Source: Oopsacas minuta
Taxonomy: Eukaryota > Animalia > Porifera
Reading direction: 5' to 3'
DNA length: 64,000 nucleotides
Assembly: GCA_024704765.1 (NCBI GenBank)
Contig: JAKMXF010000005.1
Span: 1 to 64,000 of the forward strand
The notes under the pieces were generated by a model that was not told the DNA's origin, made no database searches, and saw nothing but the letters and a program-made list of their open reading frames with translations. Shown here piece after piece: positions 53,466 through 64,000 of this stretch; within the stretch, counting starts at the first letter, position 1; every line of letters starts with the position of its first letter. Both the position numbers and the translations under genes were made by a program.

Positions 53466-56279
53466 CACGGGTCTCTCAGAAAATCATATTGATCGAAAAA
53501 ACGAGGTCCTTGAGATTTTTCATGATTCTTGTTTAGAATTTTGCTTAGAATCCGATTCTGTTGCCAAAAAAATATTTCTCACACAAATTTTTGAGTTATT
53601 TTATATTTTTTTAGTTCCCATTTTTATATGTTGTCGGGTTGCTAATTTATCATATTAGAATCATCGTTATCACTCATACATTGAATATAATACATCCATC
53701 AGTCACATATAGAATAAATTAAGTACTTATAAAATTAACGAAATTAATTTCCTTGACAGCATTTAGTAGGTTTTCGCCGTAATTTTCTAGAGACTCGCTA
53801 CATTGATAATTTCTCCAAACTTTGATGAATCGAGAATGAGCTGATTCAGCTGCCTGCTCTGAAACGGCGCCCAATCTCATACCAACTGGAAGGAATTTGG
53901 TGATAAATGGGATAACATGTCTGAACACTATATGGACTTTTGTTGAACAATTCAGCCCAGTTAATTTGAATGCTTCTTCAAATTGAAATATCGCCAGTTT
54001 GTAATCACCTTGTATCTTTTGCCCAAAACATGTCCTCACTACCTCTGAAAATCGCTTTAAAGCAATGCTGGATGAGTTGCTAATTGGAAAACCAATCTGC
54101 TCAACTTTCAATGTAATTTTCCGCATTGCATTACCTTCAAATGCGCCTCCATGGTAAGAACTTCGAGATATGTTATTGTGCTTCAGTAATAATTCATGTG
54201 TAACTAACTCTTCTTCAGACATTGTAGCCACGATCGCATTGTACAACTTCTGACCAACCCCTAACAAAAGATGTAACTCGGGAATATTGAACATCTGCAT
54301 GTAGTCAACCATCCATACACCAAGAGCCTCCATATCTTCTACACCATCACAGTCAATCGCATGATTCTTTGAGTCGGAGTTATATTCTTCACACAATTTT
54401 TGGTACATCTCTGCATGATGTGCTGATGATCTTGATTTGAATTCGACATGATCCAATCCACTTTTAGCATCCCATACACACCAAATGCATGGGTAACGTC
54501 CAAGCATAATACCCAGACAGAGAGCAGCGGCTTTGAGATCAAAGGTAAAAGATACGTTGTACTCATGAATAAACTTTTGAATTTCCGGGGCATTCAGTAT
54601 TATAGAAAAATTGTAATTATTTTCAGGAGCACTTGATACCCATAAGAAGATTAGATTTCGCACAGAATTTTCCAGTTGTAGACACATGACAAGCTTAGTG
54701 AACCCACAACCATAATCAAGGCCAAGCTTAAAATTGAAACTGTAAACTGAAGATTCTCCGCTAATGTTATAGACTTTTTCTATCAGTTTGTCGATGTTGC
54801 AACAGCGTACGACCCAAGTCTTTCTGATATCAGAGGAATACTTCTCTTTGCTCCATTCCAGATCTAATTGGACGCATTCGAATATATCATCACAATATTG
54901 TTTCCGTTCGTCGTAATAGTCCTTCATTGATGGACAGGCCACGCCAGCATCCCTTATTACTTTGGTTACAGCTTTTAGTTGCTTGTTACTCATTGCTTCG
55001 CCAGTGCATTTTATCTGTGCGATGTCAGAGAAATCCATTTTGGGCATTTTGTGTTGAGGTAACTGGTCCAAATTACCAGGAAGCATATGAATTGGATGGC
55101 CTCCCGATGGTCTAGGTAACGTTATACGCGAGTCCTCACTTGCACTGCGGAATTTTCGTAAGATTTCGGAACATACGACAGGTTCAATAGAACGTTTTCG
55201 TGCTAACAAAAATTGGCTATTATTTACCAAAGAAGTTTTTGAGCAAGTATGCGGAAATCCGGGACTTATTGTGTTTAAACACTTACTACAAAGGTTAAGA
55301 ACCTTTTTGGGAGAGTTGATCGCAGGACGTCCAGGTTTTTCATGGAGAATTTGCAAAGAAGCACGATTTCTAGGTCCAAATCTCGAACTTTCCATGCACA
55401 TTACACAGGTATTGACTGAACTACACGTATTCAAGCGAGTATTTCGTATAATTGGCCAATTGAATCGAACAGGAATTTCCCTTGAAGTATCATCATGCAT
55501 TGATCGATTAACCAAATAGAGCTTGCAAGTATTGCACAAAACATTTGGCCGATTATCGTCCATCGGATCGATTGGCTCGAAAAACTTCGAATATTGCTCA
55601 CCCAAATGAGTAGAAATAAGGCTATTGTTTTTAATAGTTATCTTCCCAACTTTAATACAACACCAACGACAAATTTTGTCTTTTGCAGACTCGTGCTTAC
55701 TCATAAATACCAACAGTAGAAATAGATATCAGAACAATTATGTATCAGAAAAATTATATAGAAAATGAGTACAAGCATTCTTTAAATAGTTTTTCTATGC
55801 AAACAGATATTCGTTAAACACCTTTAATTACTAATTATCACTGAATGGAAACTACTTAAAAGTATTCAAAGGACTCGATTAGGTGATTAATGACGTGCAA
55901 TCAAACTATTGTTACTATTGTTAAACTATTCGACCCTGATACCATACAGAAAAATGAATGAGATAATAGAATAGAATAAAACCGCAATACTATTGAAAAT
56001 TCTAAGTGCATGCAGATGTAAACAACAATGTCTAAGCATATCATAATAATATCTGATTGCCAATGGTGATGCATCTGCCATCGCTGTCATGATGAGAATC
56101 TAAAATATTCGAATTGTAAAAAATTATTTTTTTACAAAAAAATAAATTTATCGAAAAATTTGTGTGGGAAATATTTTTTTGACAACAGAATCGGATTCTA
56201 CGCAAAATTCTACACAAGAATCATGAAAAATCTCAAGGACCTCGTTTTTCGATCAATATGATTTTCTGAGAGACCCGTG
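53466..56279 (-). mobile_element. Chapaev (CMC superfamily) DNA transposon, 2814 bp, ~126-bp TIRs
   Basis: 53466-53592 versus 56154-56279: CACGGGTCTCTCAGAAAATCATATTGATCG..., with ~4 substitutions and 1 indel. CAC...GTG termini. Flanks CAGT / TGTT give no TSD. Confidence 0.88.
53719..55704 (-). CDS. Intact Chapaev transposase (661 aa from MSKH; ORF track start 55713)
   Basis: N-terminal H-x7-CRWC...D..RP..LCNTC...CVMC...GRP (Chapa/RAG1-N-like finger). Core GLDYG, TFDLKAAALCLG...PCIWC, PELHLLLG, FEGNAMRK, TKVHIVFRH, SEQAAES parallels RAG1/Transib D, D, CxxC, LH, GN..RK, H-x4-H and SEGNES. Confidence 0.88.
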   Translation of the reverse strand: MSKHESAKDKICRWCCIKVGKITIKNNSLISTHLGEQYSKFFEPIDPMDDNRPNVLCNTCKLYLVNRSMHDDTSREIPVRFNWPIIRNTRLNTCSSVNTCVMCMESSRFGPRNRASLQILHEKPGRPAINSPKKVLNLCSKCLNTISPGFPHTCSKTSLVNNSQFLLARKRSIEPVVCSEILRKFRSASEDSRITLPRPSGGHPIHMLPGNLDQLPQHKMPKMDFSDIAQIKCTGEAMSNKQLKAVTKVIRDAGVACPSMKDYYDERKQYCDDIFECVQLDLEWSKEKYSSDIRKTWVVRCCNIDKLIEKVYNISGESSVYSFNFKLGLDYGCGFTKLVMCLQLENSVRNLIFLWVSSAPENNYNFSIILNAPEIQKFIHEYNVSFTFDLKAAALCLGIMLGRYPCIWCVWDAKSGLDHVEFKSRSSAHHAEMYQKLCEEYNSDSKNHAIDCDGVEDMEALGVWMVDYMQMFNIPELHLLLGVGQKLYNAIVATMSEEELVTHELLLKHNNISRSSYHGGAFEGNAMRKITLKVEQIGFPISNSSSIALKRFSEVVRTCFGQKIQGDYKLAIFQFEEAFKLTGLNCSTKVHIVFRHVIPFITKFLPVGMRLGAVSEQAAESAHSRFIKVWRNYQCSESLENYGENLLNAVKEINFVNFIST

Positions 56280-56371
56280 TGTTTGGGAACCAGACCTGCC
56301 ATTTGGTTCTTTACTTAGATCTGAAGTGAAGGAATGGCGGGGCTATTCAATCCAAGGAGCCCAATCAATTA

Positions 56372-58643
56372 CACAGGTCAACAAAATTTAACCTCATTTT
56401 CTCATCAAGTATTAGATTGACATTTTCTAATTTAGTTTTTACGCTGAATTCAAATCTCCTTTCCGATTCCTTCCAGCACGTCCAGTTTTTTTTCCATCTA
56501 CAAGTCAACAATTTTATGTATTTCCTTAATTTTTCCTGTTATATTATGGTAGTGGCTGTCTTTTTGTCTTCTTACATGATAGCCATCTGAAATAAATCAA
56601 CGTTTCGATGTTTTAGATTAATGTCAAGATAATATCAGTTATTATCCTAGCTCTTGCATATAATTATTCACATTCATGTATGTATCAACTACTCACAAAC
56701 TAAGGGGAAATACATATCCATCTAGAAGTATAGAGGTAGCTAACTAAATTAAAAGTGTTGAGAGTACGACTTCCTTTTATATATCTTGTTGGGATTATCT
56801 CTGAAGAGCCTCCAACAGTAATCGGACATCATGCCCTCATTCCAGAAACCTTGGTATTGGGTTTCCATCTCTTGTATGTCTTGGTGGAATCTCTCACCCA
56901 GTTCATCACTTACAGCACCAAGATTCTCAGGGAAAAATCAAGGTGAGAGTGCAAGAAGTGAAGTTTTAGCGACATGCGACAGCCCATCTGCTCGTGTGCG
57001 TTAAGCAAGGTTTCCACTCCTTCTCTGTAGTTGGACGACTTCTTGTTGCCCAAAAAGTTTTCACAACCCATTTGAAAGAATTCCAAGCTCTCATTTCTAA
57101 TTCGGATAATGTCTTCTCGAAATCTGGATCTCTGAATACTTGTCTGATTTGTGGTCCTGCAAATACTCCCTCTTTTAACTTTGCCTTGCTTATTTTCGGA
57201 AATTTGCCTACCAAATGCAGAAATCCTGCTGAATTTGTTTTGCCCATTGTTTTAACGAATGTTTTCATTAATCCAAGTTTAATATGAAGTGGGGGTAAGA
57301 AAACTTTGTTTGGATCTACCAATGGCGAATGCTGTAAATTGGTTTTCCCCACTTCATAGGTTCTCTTCGGCCAATCACATTTTTTATAATATTCACCAGT
57401 TGCTCGGCTGTCCCATAGACATAGGAAACAACAATACTTTGTAAAACCTTGTTGCAAGCCCATCAATAGCCCGATTATCTTAAAATCACCGCAGATATTC
57501 CATATATGTGTTCTATACTGTATTGCCTCCAAAACTTCCTGCAAATTGACGAAGGTTTCTTTGAGATAGACGGAGTGAGCAATTGGAACGCCAGGCTTTA
57601 GATTTCCGTTATGCAACAGAACAGCTTTGAAACTGCGTTTTGACGAGTCGATGAAAAGGCGCCAATCAGAGGAAGAATGTACTTGTAATAGGTTTGCATA
57701 GAGTCCTTCGATATCATTACAATAGCACAGTGGACCATCAGTGGTGTAGTATTGAGCGAGATCGAAATTTCGCTTGCGATAGTGGGATACTAGGACATCT
57801 TTGTCGAGTAGGTTTTTCTGTTTGAGCCTGGATGCAAGGAGTTCAGCTTTGTCTTTAGATAAGTCTAGATCCCTGACCAGGTCATTCAATTCTCCATGTG
57901 TAAATGTTTGTGGCTCTAGTAATTCATCTTCCGGGACATAATTAGCATCTGTAGAATCTGCATGAACATCTTCCACCATATCAGACCCGATTTTAATTTG
58001 CTGTGGCTTGGGAATTGGGATTGGTAATGAGATGTCGTGTGGAATTGGCCTGCGAGCAGAATCCAAGTCTGGGTAAACAAGAGCGTGCTTATTCTTGGCT
58101 GAGAATCCTGTAATGTCGATAAGGCAAAAGTGACAATCATCAAGGTGATTTTTCTGTTCCCTCCAGACCATGGGTATTGCAAATGGCATTGAAACTTTCC
58201 TTTTGTTCAACCAATCACGTAGTCCACTTGAACAAGAAGTGCATATAACATGTGGTGCCCACGACTTGTCTTGGTCACCAAGTGGACATTCGAAGTACAA
58301 TTTGTATATGTTCTTTAATTGATTTGTGATTTTACGCAAAAAAGACCACAAACGTAACAGAAATTGTCGGGATGAGTTCTACAATTACGATGCATGTTTA
58401 TAATTTGATTTGCTTGAATTCAAATAAGTAAAGTCATTTATATTCCAGATAATTGAATCAAAATAGGCATGCTCATATAGCAATTTAGTAACTAGGTAAT
58501 ACTATACTATTGAAAAATGAATATTGGATTTCAGAATAACTAGACGTACTAGAGAAATTCTGATTGCAGATTCGAGTTCAGCATTCAAAAGTATGCTAAG
58601 ATAAATGTATATGATCTCTGATGAGAAATCTTGTTGAGTTGTG
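56372..58643 (-). mobile_element. Chapaev3 element with TTA target-site duplication
   Basis: TTA|CACAGGTCAACAAAATTT ... AAATCTTGTTGAGTTGTG|TTA (TSDs at 56369-56371 and 58644-58646). Confidence 0.88.
56749..58395 (-). pseudogene. Chapaev3 transposase, three apparent frameshifts
   Basis: MHRNCRTHPDNFCYVCG / LYF..LGDQDKSWAPHVIC..C, LFIDSSKRSFKAVLLHNG, ICGDFK..GLL.GLQ.GFTKYCCFLC, LPPLHIKLGLMK / MSLKLHFLHSH / SDELGERFHQD. Frameshifts near 58325, 57070 and 56935. Confidence 0.88.
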
Positions 58644-59017
58644 TTATCATTAAACTTGCCGGAGTGACTAAGTCATGCAGATGAAGATATTTTTCCAAAC
58701 ATTCTAACCCAACAAAATTGGATGTACCCTTCTAATTGTAACTTGTGAGTCAGAGCCGCTGATTCTTGTCTTCGTAGAGTAAATGTTGGGTGCTGGGAGT
58801 TCCAAGCCACCTAATTGAATGATTATGTTGTACGTATATATTTACTCATGGTAATAATCGATAGATAAGAGCCTCCATTCAAATTTCTGAAATTGTTACG
58901 CCTCTGCACTAGGTACTTTGGGGCTCGATTTCAAGATTTACGAAAAACAAGAAGTTTGGACGAATGAATATCAATCTCAAAGTTTAATACAGTTTACAAA
59001 ATGAAGAATCATCCAAT

Positions 59018-60889
59018 TTATAGAATGTGTATTTTTCGAATATACTGAATACGGAAATACAAATAGAGAAATATAAACAATATCCAAGTTGTAGTAGGGT
59101 TGAGGAGGACACCTATCCAACCGAACCAACGAAAGAATTGGTAGCATCTTCTTATATGATTAAATATCAGGGTAATGCAAACTATATAATAAAATAATCT
59201 GTAATTGGTTGGCACCTTCCGGTCCCAAGATACCAAGATAAGAAATATGGTACAAGGAATGTTAAATGTCAACAACTGCTCAAGAGCTATTCCATACATA
59301 TAATACAATGGAATAAATCCTGTTTGTAAATAAATACCAGATAAATAGATAATAGAGTGAGAATAATGAGAATTGACTATACCAACACACCAGGGTCCAA
59401 TTACCATATATATATTTGCGATTAACCAGGTTATATTCACCCTTGGATATTGTTTAATTGATCTTGTCCAATAAAAGCAAGGGATATTAAATATTTCAAT
59501 CGGGCCAAATAGTAAAATTACTATCAAGATAATGAACGAGACCCATACAATACAAAATAGATAGAACACAAGAGAAGGAAGATGTGAAGAGAGAATATAA
59601 TTAGAAATTATGGAATATAGAGGAATCTGTTCATCCATTGAAAACGATGAAGTAACACTTGTGATTTTCCCGAGACTTGTCACTTCTACATGTATTTTGT
59701 GAGAACCTTGAGCATAATCTTTAGGGTTCCAGGGGATAGCAAATAAGGGCCCTTTAATGTGTCTACCATGGTCCTTTAGTATCTTACCATCTATTCGTGC
59801 AAAAACACTTTCAATAAAATATGGAGAAAAGATAAGTATCCGTATATGAGTAGAGAATTTCATTCGTATTAATGGCTCCACTATTGGAGCACTCAAACTT
59901 GATTCTTTTGGGTTAGTTACAAGAATGACAGGCCATTCCAAATAGTTTGCGTCGATAAATGAAGCTAAATCATGGTCAATTGCCATAATACGATACCTTC
60001 TATTCACTTTCCAGTCTGCTAATTCCAATTCCATATGCCCCTCTGGTTGTCTAGTATACATCGTGTAACTGAGACCACCGAGATGATGAAGATGACCACA
60101 AAGGTATGCTAAGGTATTTGTAGTTTCAATGGCTGGCCTAAGTGCCGTGTTGTAATTTACTGCAAGGGTAGTAGTGGGGTAGTGTGAAAACCAAATTGTA
60201 TAATTATGACTGACTGTTGATCGGGCCATGAGCCTTAGTTCTGCAATATCCCTGTCTGTTAGTACTCCAAAGAAATTAAATGGTCTTTTAAGCCCTGGTT
60301 TGGGGCAAGCGTCAATCCCAATAAATGAGTAAGTTCCAAAATCAGTATTATGAACATACATATAAGAACCGAGGTTTTGTTTATTCCCCATTGCAGAGTA
60401 CTTTCTGAACCCGTTGGATTCGTGATTTCTATGTTTAACATCAAAACAATCATGATTTCCTCTAAGGTCAAGCCATGGGATCTTAGCTTCAATATTAGTG
60501 TCATGTAGTAGAGAGTAGTATGTTCTCCATTCTTCCAAATTGGCTTGTGTAGAAAAGCCATCCTTACTTTTCGCATCAATCAAGTCGCCTGTTGCCAATA
60601 TCAATGATGGATTTATTACGTCGACAGATGTTTGCAAAAAGTCTTTCAGGTCAGAAACTCTTTTAGGGTCATGATGGATACTAATATGAATATCTGAGAT
60701 TTGAATGAACCAAAATAAATTTTCAAATCTATCTGAAGGTTTTAATGAATCATCATCGAACCTCAGTTTAACGAAGGAATGTTTGGGGAGAGTGAAATAG
60801 AAAAGACTGAGAAAGAAGAGAAAGAATCCTGTTAGTATGATACAACGAACAGATCTCTGAAGATAGATATTCAAGTAAAACCCATTCAT
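59018..60889 (-). CDS. TMEM62: Transmembrane protein 62 (calcineurin-like metallophosphoesterase with C-terminal TM helices), intronless, 623 aa
   Basis: N-terminal TM anchor. QISDIHIS, LATGDLID, WLDLRGNHD, IWFSHYPT, YLCGHLH, ELELADWKVNRRYRI and WPVILVTNPK match TMEM62 as recalled; several hydrophobic C-terminal segments. Confidence 0.93.
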   Translation of the reverse strand: MNGFYLNIYLQRSVRCIILTGFFLFFLSLFYFTLPKHSFVKLRFDDDSLKPSDRFENLFWFIQISDIHISIHHDPKRVSDLKDFLQTSVDVINPSLILATGDLIDAKSKDGFSTQANLEEWRTYYSLLHDTNIEAKIPWLDLRGNHDCFDVKHRNHESNGFRKYSAMGNKQNLGSYMYVHNTDFGTYSFIGIDACPKPGLKRPFNFFGVLTDRDIAELRLMARSTVSHNYTIWFSHYPTTTLAVNYNTALRPAIETTNTLAYLCGHLHHLGGLSYTMYTRQPEGHMELELADWKVNRRYRIMAIDHDLASFIDANYLEWPVILVTNPKESSLSAPIVEPLIRMKFSTHIRILIFSPYFIESVFARIDGKILKDHGRHIKGPLFAIPWNPKDYAQGSHKIHVEVTSLGKITSVTSSFSMDEQIPLYSIISNYILSSHLPSLVFYLFCIVWVSFIILIVILLFGPIEIFNIPCFYWTRSIKQYPRVNITWLIANIYMVIGPWCVGIVNSHYSHSIIYLSGIYLQTGFIPLYYMYGIALEQLLTFNIPCTIFLILVSWDRKVPTNYRLFYYIVCITLIFNHIRRCYQFFRWFGWIGVLLNPTTTWILFIFLYLYFRIQYIRKIHIL

Positions 60890-61428
60890 GATATTTAAGT
60901 ACGTATATCAAGAGTATTACGTATACAAGATAACTTTCTAGTGGATTAATTAAAGAAGTTATATCAATACTATTAACATGCAAAACTTGGCCAAATATAG
61001 TGATCTATATTTCAGAGATGCATTATGCATACACAGCCTACTAAACTAAAGCCTGTTTACGGTTTAGAATTTCCTGGACCATCTAATAAATTTGACTTGG
61101 AATTTTACTTGTTATAGATAATATAAAATTGGTGCATTTTGGCTCGAATAATTGTGTAATCCATAGTGAATAATTTCCACAAGCCATGTCATCCAACTAT
61201 TACCAGTTAGAAATGATGTCATCTCTCTAGTTAATAGGACAATATGTTGTTAAAAATACCACATTATTAAACCTCTGATAAACGATCACTAGTGCTTCTT
61301 CAATACCAGAAATAAAATCAAATGGTCTAAGGATGTAGATATAAAAAATAAAAATTTATGTAATTTTGAAGTGATCACATTACTGAGCTATATTAAGTAA
61401 CATGTAGGCACATGTTTTGCAAATATCC

Positions 61429-61712
61429 GCTTATAACTCGATAGTCGCTAGAGTTATGGTCAAATCACTCCAGCTAATATGTACTATATGCCAAACTTTC
61501 CATACCCTTGAAAATTATTTTCATATGATATCTTGAAGCACTATGCAAAATCCTGATAATGACCAAATACGAGCATATTCACGATGACGTCACATCGGTT
61601 CGAGATTTCGTATCTGAATGTATTATAAGGTTATAGGAAGTTGGGTATTTAGTGCATATTGGTTGGGCATATGTGGTAATAACTCTAGCGACTATCGAAT
61701 CATAGTTGTAGC
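61429..61712. mobile_element. MITE-like element
   Basis: 20-bp exact inverted repeat TCGATAGTCGCTAGAGTTAT (61438-61457) / ATAACTCTAGCGACTATCGA (61679-61698). Outer limits approximate. Confidence 0.6.
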
Positions 61713-61769
61713 CTTTCAACCCACTTGTAAAATAGTTTTATCTATCGTCTCTGTCCACTGAATTGAGGT

Positions 61770-62733
61770 AGTTGTAAACCCCGTTTCCTAGCTCTTGTCT
61801 GGTATGAAATGGTCGTCCTCCGAGATGTTTTTCAGCTCAGGAAATAGACAGAAATCACAGTGATAGATCTGGGGAATACGGAGGATGTTCTATCGATTCA
61901 AACCCGATATCCTCAATGACTTCACAAACGTGGTTTGAAACATAAGTTCTGACATTATCGTAGATGAAGTGGATTCCTTGAGTTCATGTACGCGTACGTC
62001 AGGTTTTATAGACTTTATAGACTTCTCTCAGGCATTTATCCGCATAAAATTCTCCATTGAGTCGTTCTCCTTTAGGGGCAGGTATTGAGCCACTGGCCCA
62101 TAAGCATCAAAAAATACGCTGTAGAGAACAATATCCTCTCGGAACTGATGTGCCTTTTCAGGGGGATAAAAACCTTATGGAAGCCACGATTTGCTTTGTT
62201 CCTTACGCAGAGGTTCAGAAAATTAATCAAATTTCGTCATCAGTAACGATTTCATATTACCTGCGGGAATCACAATCCCTATAATCTTTAAGCAATTTTT
62301 AGCGCATGAAACCCTCTGTCTCCTTTTGACACATTATGAGGATTTTTGGTAACCATCGCGTGCTGAAATCTTTCGATTTTTGAGAAAACTGTGTAGAATT
62401 GTATGAACACTTCCCGATGAGATGTCCAAGATTAGGCAATCTCTTCAACGCTCAAAGGGGGTCAATATCCAAAAGTTCCAGAATTTGAGAGGCAATTTCA
62501 GGGGTGGTAACGGAAATTGGTCTTCCGTTCTGAGGTGCATCTTCAATACTGCCCTACCAGCCTATAAATTACATGCCCATTCATATACAGTGGGATAAGT
62601 TACCCCAAGATGAACGGTGACGAGATCCTCATGTATCTGGAGTGGTTAGTCACCGAATAAGGTACGAATCTTTATGTAAGCCTGTTTTTTCAGCTTTTTG
62701 CTTGATATGTGTTTTGAAACCATGAAAAAGTTG
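61770..62733 (-). pseudogene. Decayed mariner transposase
   Basis: QAYIKIRTLFG...IHEDL...TVYEW at the 5' end and H.DN...IEHPPYSPDL..CDFCLFPELK at the 3' end. Interrupted. Confidence 0.7.
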
Positions 62734-64000
62734 AATCTCGAAAATTTGTAAAATTGAAAGTAGGATAGATCAGGATACATAATAGCTAGGTGAAATACTA
62801 AACAGCATTAACTAGGTAATTGAAAGGACTATTAGGCTATACTATGCATTTCATGTAATCGAGTAGAATTTGGCTGCTATAAACTAAGGATGGGAACTTT
62901 TTGAATAACACAAGTAGAAAATATTGCTCGAAAGGTGTCATGTGATCGCCTAATAGGCAAATATGATGGAAAATGCTAATGCTATGAAACTCAAAATATT
63001 GATCTTTGATTTGATTTCAATTACGAGTATGAACATATATAGACATATCTAGGATTACGTCACAATGGAACAAGATATAATACCAAATTGTATTATCAGG
63101 GAAGTTGGGTATGCATGTAAAACTGGCTAACTTGATAAGACCGCAATTGTAACGATTATCAAGATATAAGTGCAATCCATGGTTTCAGCTGTAACTCAAG
63201 AACTAGCCAACCAAGTGATGAAATTTTTTGTTGTTTTTCCAAAATATATTTCGAATATTTTCATAATTGAACTTAGTAATCAAAGATCAAAATTTTGCGT
63301 ATCATAGCGTTACCTTTGATTTGTGTAAACGCCCCACGCTGAATATCCTCAGGGCGATTTCCAAAATATATACAGAAATATACTACAGAAATTTCCAAAT
63401 GTGGCAGAAATATAAAATTATCATAGTTAAACAAATAGGTTTGTAACATTGTCTTAAAAGAATGTAGAGTTAGGAATTTCTGATGGGTTCACGCAATTTA
63501 TTTCATTAACAAGGTGAAGCAATAGCGAATGCTTAGTCGCCTTACGAAGATGTTCAACAAGTAGCATACGGAGGATTAGGATCGGGATCATAGAACATAT
63601 TTTAGCAGTGATCGTGATTGGGATTCAAGTTATCAAAAGTCCCAATATCACACCTAATTTGGCCAATTTCCCGAACTAAAATATATTTTCTGCTTTCCTG
63701 ATCACCCGAGGAATTGGATAATCGAGGTATAGTTCAAGGGCCTGCTGGAATCACAGGCTCTAACCTTGGTAGCTAACTTTGCCACAAAATGACTGAATTT
63801 ATCCTGCTCTCAAAAGCATTCTCTCTAAAGTTGTATTTATCGCCGGTTTAGCTAGAAAAATTAGCGCATTTGGTAAATGTTATAAATGAAAATTTTCAAA
63901 ATGATTTCGACCTGACTTCAATTATGGTAATTATCTCCCAAAGTGGCCCTGTCAGAGCGAAGGAAAATCGTCTGAGCTATGGAATGGAGCTATTCCCTAC

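Noticed and set aside
56372-56400. RSS-like reading of the Chapaev3 end (CACAGGT-CAACAAAA)
   Set aside because: There is no 12/23 spacer. It is an ordinary Chapaev3 CAC terminus.

Overview
Eukaryotic, AT-rich, transposon-saturated animal DNA. It has GT-AG introns and no operons, rRNA, tRNA or CRISPR that I can support. The style (few but very long TE-filled introns, an intronless TMEM62) would fit an early-branching animal such as a glass sponge, but that is a guess. Host genes: (1) five + strand coding exons of one alpha-spectrin (SPTAN1-like) gene at 40350-40664, 24830-25227, 28767-29310, 14456-14987 and 10352-11989 (last exon, EF-hands, stop); (2) an intronless TMEM62 metallophosphoesterase at 59018-60889 (-). 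The spectrin exons lie in the wrong order along the + strand. The window is cut by seven single-N junctions (12737, 20741, 23051, 35087, 39708, 41984, 46006). Split transposon halves, a matching 8-bp TSD and a Tigger ORF running across one junction all show that the segments between the Ns are individually forward but placed in reverse order. This is most likely a scaffolding artefact rather than real exon scrambling. The rest is DNA transposons: an intact-ORF Chapaev element with RAG1-like zinc-finger and catalytic motifs (53466-56279), an adjacent Chapaev3 with TTA TSDs, a decayed second Chapaev, a Transib/RAG1-core fragment ending in the RSS heptamer, several hATs, Tc1/mariner/maT/Tigger relics, Ginger2-like integrases, MITEs and long fold-back palindromes.
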